Shown: piece after piece, positions 60,425 through 64,000 of the stretch
Layout of the letters: every line of letters starts with the position of its first letter
Numbering within the stretch: the stretch's first letter is position 1
NCBI GenBank assembly: GCA_040285745.1
Contig: JAUFOR010000008.1
Coordinates: forward strand, 1,488,001 to 1,552,000
Reading direction: 5' to 3'
DNA length: 64,000 nucleotides
Source: Barthelona sp. PCE
Lineage: Eukaryota
Program-made: the position numbers and the translations under genes
The notes under the pieces: generated by a model
Databases searched by the model: none
What the model was told of the DNA's origin: nothing
Seen by the model: only the letters and a program-made list of their open reading frames with translations

Positions 60425-61834
60425 ATGGAGGACATCAATTATGACGGCGAAGAAGGCGTCTGGGACGATGAAATCGGCGCAGTTGCATGCTGTGTTTGCG
60501 GTATTCCTATAGAAGTCAATCCAACCAGCATGTGCCCACGTTGTCTGCAAAATCGCATTAACATCACCGAGGACATCCCCAAGCAATACTCAGTTTCGTT
60601 CTGTAACGGTTGTGGAAGCTATCTCCAGCCCCCTGCCAAGTGGATCTATGCTGAACGCGAGTCCTCTGACTTGTTACAGCTTCTCTTGAAGAAGATGCGC
60701 GGTCTCAAGTCAGTTAAACTCATCGATTCGCAGTTTGTATGGACAGAGCCTCACTCTAAGCGTTTAGAGATCAAGCTCACTGTTCAGAAAGAGGTTATGG
60801 GCAGTGCTGTCCTTGAGCAGTCGTTTTTGGTAATGTTTGTCGTTGAGAACACACAGTGCCCGAACTGTGCGCGTGAATACACAGATCATACGTGGAAGGG
60901 TCTTTGCCAAGTGCGCCAAAGCCGACCTGATGCCCGTGTCTTCTTCCAAATGGAACAGATGCTGCTGAAGGCCAGGCCCATCCTGGATATGGTCACGCAC
61001 ATCGAGGAAGACAAGTACGGTATCAACTTTTACTTTGGTTCAAAGTCTGATGCTCTCAAGTTCATTGCTTTTTTGAACCAAAAGTATCCCCTCAAGCACG
61101 AGCTCAACAGACAGTTAGTTAGTGCAGATTTCAAAAACAATACATACAATTATAAGTACACATTTTTGGTCGATCTCGTGCCTTTATGTCGTAATGATTT
61201 ATTATGGGTACCAAAGAAGATTAAAAATAGACTACCCGCCGACTGCGGACCCCTTGTTTTGGTCAGCAGAGTAGCCAAGACCGTCTCCGTCATTGACCCA
61301 GTGACGTGTTCTACCGGTGAGATCCGTGCCGCAGATTTCTGGAAGACACCCTTCAGACCCTTGTTGTACTTTGAGAACCGTTCTCTTACAAACTTTTTCG
61401 TTGTGGAAGCTCAGCCTGACTACAGTATGGATCACGGACAGAAGTTTTTGCCATGTGATATAGAGTGTATGCGTGATGACTTTGACGTTTCAGAATCGAA
61501 AGATTTCTCAACAAGCTCACATCTTGGCAGAATTGTTCACAGTGGTGATATAGTGCGAGGTTACGATCTTACAACCACAGAGGTTGTCGATGACGAACTC
61601 AACTTTGATATCTCAAAGGTTCCTGATGTTATTCTGGTGAAGAAAGTTTATGTTGACCGACCAGAGGTAAAGCGCATCTTTAAGGAGGGAGAGTCCCACG
61701 AGATCAACCAGATTCTTGATAACATGAAGTTCGAACAGGAATGGGCAGACGATGTTATCAATCCTGAAGTGGAAACGGAATTGGAGATGGAAACTGATGC
61801 TATTGATGATACCGAGATGGAAGCTGTTGAATAA
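60425..61834 (+). CDS. NMD3: 60S ribosomal export protein NMD3
   Basis: CCVCGIPIEVNPTSMCPRC, CNGC, FVWTEPHSKR, QCPNC, YNYKYT, SHLG, PDVILVKK; ATG at 60425. Confidence 0.97.
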   Translation: MEDINYDGEEGVWDDEIGAVACCVCGIPIEVNPTSMCPRCLQNRINITEDIPKQYSVSFCNGCGSYLQPPAKWIYAERESSDLLQLLLKKMRGLKSVKLIDSQFVWTEPHSKRLEIKLTVQKEVMGSAVLEQSFLVMFVVENTQCPNCAREYTDHTWKGLCQVRQSRPDARVFFQMEQMLLKARPILDMVTHIEEDKYGINFYFGSKSDALKFIAFLNQKYPLKHELNRQLVSADFKNNTYNYKYTFLVDLVPLCRNDLLWVPKKIKNRLPADCGPLVLVSRVAKTVSVIDPVTCSTGEIRAADFWKTPFRPLLYFENRSLTNFFVVEAQPDYSMDHGQKFLPCDIECMRDDFDVSESKDFSTSSHLGRIVHSGDIVRGYDLTTTEVVDDELNFDISKVPDVILVKKVYVDRPEVKRIFKEGESHEINQILDNMKFEQEWADDVINPEVETELEMETDAIDDTEMEAVE

Positions 61835-61838
61835 ATGC

Positions 61839-62261
61839 TTAAAATGATGTTAATTGAAGCAATACAGCGTACATACTAATCAATGCTTGTTGTCTTGAAA
61901 TATGAAAATTCCCAGCTATCGGGAGATGTTCAGTGTTGAAAAAGGGTTTTTTTAGGTTGTATTTCAAGTGCATAACCAGATACACGCTCACCTTTGCCAA
62001 TAACTTGTAAGCAAAGTTCAACATAGTTAAGAATTTCGTGCGTTTCTGTAGACGATCGCATTTCTGCTTACACAAATCGATTTCACTTTGATCCACACCC
62101 TCATCGGTGTACAGGGCCACCATTAGCTCGTCAGCTTGTTTCTTAAGAGTGACTGCATTGTTTTTAGAGTGTTTTAAAACTAGTGCAATTACCTTACCCA
62201 CAATGAATTGGATTAAGTACAGCCCAATTGCCCAGGCGCAGAAAGAAATCTCAGAGTGCAT
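61839..62261 (-). CDS. Small membrane protein with TM / coiled coil / TM / TM layout (possible GET1/WRB-like)
   Basis: Topology only. Confidence 0.45.
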   Translation of the reverse strand: MHSEISFCAWAIGLYLIQFIVGKVIALVLKHSKNNAVTLKKQADELMVALYTDEGVDQSEIDLCKQKCDRLQKRTKFLTMLNFAYKLLAKVSVYLVMHLKYNLKKPFFNTEHLPIAGNFHISRQQALISMYAVLLQLTSF

Positions 62262-62441
62262 ATATTCGGTTGATTTGAACGTGATGAAGGGGAAATTGAG
62301 GCAAACAAGGATAGATCTTCTTAATACCTATTTGTGGACACATTCCATACAATATGTTGTTAAACACTCGATAATTGAGCTATGGTACGTGGATTGAACA
62401 TTATTTGAACCGTAAACATACATCTTACTCTTCTCAACGCT

Positions 62442-64000
62442 ATGTTCTTCAATAGCGATAAAAGAACTTCTTTAGGTGGAAAAGAGCACACAGAGGATGA
62501 AAACCTTATGATAGATCGATGGTGGGAGGAATTCGTTCAGAATACATACCTGTCCTCGCCCACGTTTCTTGCAATCTATTTAATTTACTTCTCTAGGGCG
62601 TACCGTGTTGTTGATAGCGTGCCTATTTCACTCATTTTGTTTTGCTTGCATGTTTTGGGTCAGAGTTTTGTTAAGCGAACGTGGCAACGTCCATTTCTGG
62701 AGAGTTTGCACAATTTTGTATTTTTCACAGTCCTATATGTTTTACATTTGAGAGATGTTACATCTGTACTCTCCATATACTGTCTTTTTCGAAGTGTAAG
62801 ACCCTGTATTCGTTCGACTACAATTGCAATACTGAACGCTTGGTTTTTGGCCTTTGTAACAATAGTGGTTGTGAAAACACCATTGGGTACACCAATATTC
62901 GCTGCTATTGATGATAAAAATTTGTTTTTTTTCATAGCAACTAAATTATATAGTTTTTTACACGTTGACTTTACGATATACTATGGCTTCTCTATCACGG
63001 TGGTAGGCATGCGCAGGACCCAGCGGCGTATCAACAAGCTTTTGTTTGAAATAAGACAGGCTTCTTCACACATTAATGTTAAGAGAGTATTGTCTCGCTT
63101 TTCATCAAAATTGAGAACAGACGAGCAGATAAATGCATGTTTTAAGCGGCATAAGAGGTACGTAGATATATTTTTGAATGGAGATATTGAAAAATCAATG
63201 AATTTATTGAAAATATCAAAGACAGCCGGTTTAGGCATTCGTTTAAGCAATGTTCCAGTTTTGTTCGTGCATTTCCATGAAGAACAGGAGTGTTCTCTTA
63301 CGATTCGCTTCTTTCGCACGTTTTTTCTTTTTGTTCAGTCGTTTTTAATGGATTCTTCAGAACTTCGTAATGAAGTAGTACTGGAGCCTCATCCGAACGG
63401 CTTCGTTTTATTCCCTCTGTTTCTTACCAACGAGAAACCAGTCTGTAAGATGATGGCACTTGCTTATAACTACAATGATTTTTCACGAACCAAACGGAAG
63501 AAAATTGAAACATTGTTTTTTTCACTCTTTTATCGCATGGGTTTCTTCGTTAAGCAGATGGAAAAGACAAGACCGTGTCTTTCAATGGTGATGTTGAAGG
63601 ATGACGTCATAGTCTTGGATGCCTTCCGTATTTCCACTTGGCCAACCCGATATTTTAAATTGTTTTGTGATGTCCAAGAGTCTAGACCACTTTTTGCTGT
63701 AGAAAAAGGCCTGGATTTACCGAATTGGATTGACATAGAAGAGGAACAGCTGTTGCAACAAACTGGAAAAAAAGTGAGCATTGTTTTTTTTAGTTTTTTC
63801 AAATCAGTGGCTCCATCTCAATTCCACTCACAGTTTCGCATCTCACTAGAGGATTTATCCTTTCTAATGAGCTTTATCTTTTCAAATGGAGAGTGTGCGG
63901 ACGAGCTGAAACCTTTAGGAATTTTCTTAACTAGAAACAATGATTTGCGTGGTCTGAGCTTTGAAAAATCACGTAGAAACAAAGGTATGAAAGAGTTTAT
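62442..64000 (+). CDS. Multi-TM protein with cytosolic domain, 3' truncated (missing from the ORF track)
   Basis: Manual translation from ATG 62442 (MFFNSDKRTSLGG...) shows no stop to the window end (~519 codons); several N-terminal TMs. Confidence 0.8.
   Translation, partial: MFFNSDKRTSLGGKEHTEDENLMIDRWWEEFVQNTYLSSPTFLAIYLIYFSRAYRVVDSVPISLILFCLHVLGQSFVKRTWQRPFLESLHNFVFFTVLYVLHLRDVTSVLSIYCLFRSVRPCIRSTTIAILNAWFLAFVTIVVVKTPLGTPIFAAIDDKNLFFFIATKLYSFLHVDFTIYYGFSITVVGMRRTQRRINKLLFEIRQASSHINVKRVLSRFSSKLRTDEQINACFKRHKRYVDIFLNGDIEKSMNLLKISKTAGLGIRLSNVPVLFVHFHEEQECSLTIRFFRTFFLFVQSFLMDSSELRNEVVLEPHPNGFVLFPLFLTNEKPVCKMMALAYNYNDFSRTKRKKIETLFFSLFYRMGFFVKQMEKTRPCLSMVMLKDDVIVLDAFRISTWPTRYFKLFCDVQESRPLFAVEKGLDLPNWIDIEEEQLLQQTGKKVSIVFFSFFKSVAPSQFHSQFRISLEDLSFLMSFIFSNGECADELKPLGIFLTRNNDLRGLSFEKSRRNKGMKEF

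Overview
Gene-dense, apparently intron-free eukaryotic DNA in the standard genetic code, with about 35 CDSs and one tRNA-Phe(GAA). Flagellar/basal-body genes (KIF6-like kinesin, SF-assemblin, a CPLANE1-like protein), a bacterial-type flavodoxin/2[4Fe-4S] protein, a GH25 lysozyme, tiny intergenic gaps and stop-codon-embedded TAAA motifs suggest an anaerobic bacterivorous flagellate, probably a metamonad (inference). Core genes: a MIT-domain protein (partial), ATG2-like and VPS13 tail-to-tail, an M16B/MPP-beta-like peptidase, PDK1, a DHHC palmitoyltransferase, TBCC, RTF1-like and NMD3. Main discoveries: (1) a decayed tyrosine-recombinase (DIRS-like) element about 190 bp downstream of the tRNA; its recombinase motifs are hidden behind a stop and a frameshift, it is bounded by CATG-cored dyad sites, and it abuts a 5' fragment of a related copy; (2) the divergent VPS13 and M16 genes both lack an in-frame ATG at their conserved N-termini (candidate ATA and GTG starts); (3) a ~1137-codon membrane-protein gene split only by one in-frame TGA at a repeat-conserved Trp position. 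All family calls rest on motif recognition from memory; no database searches were run.
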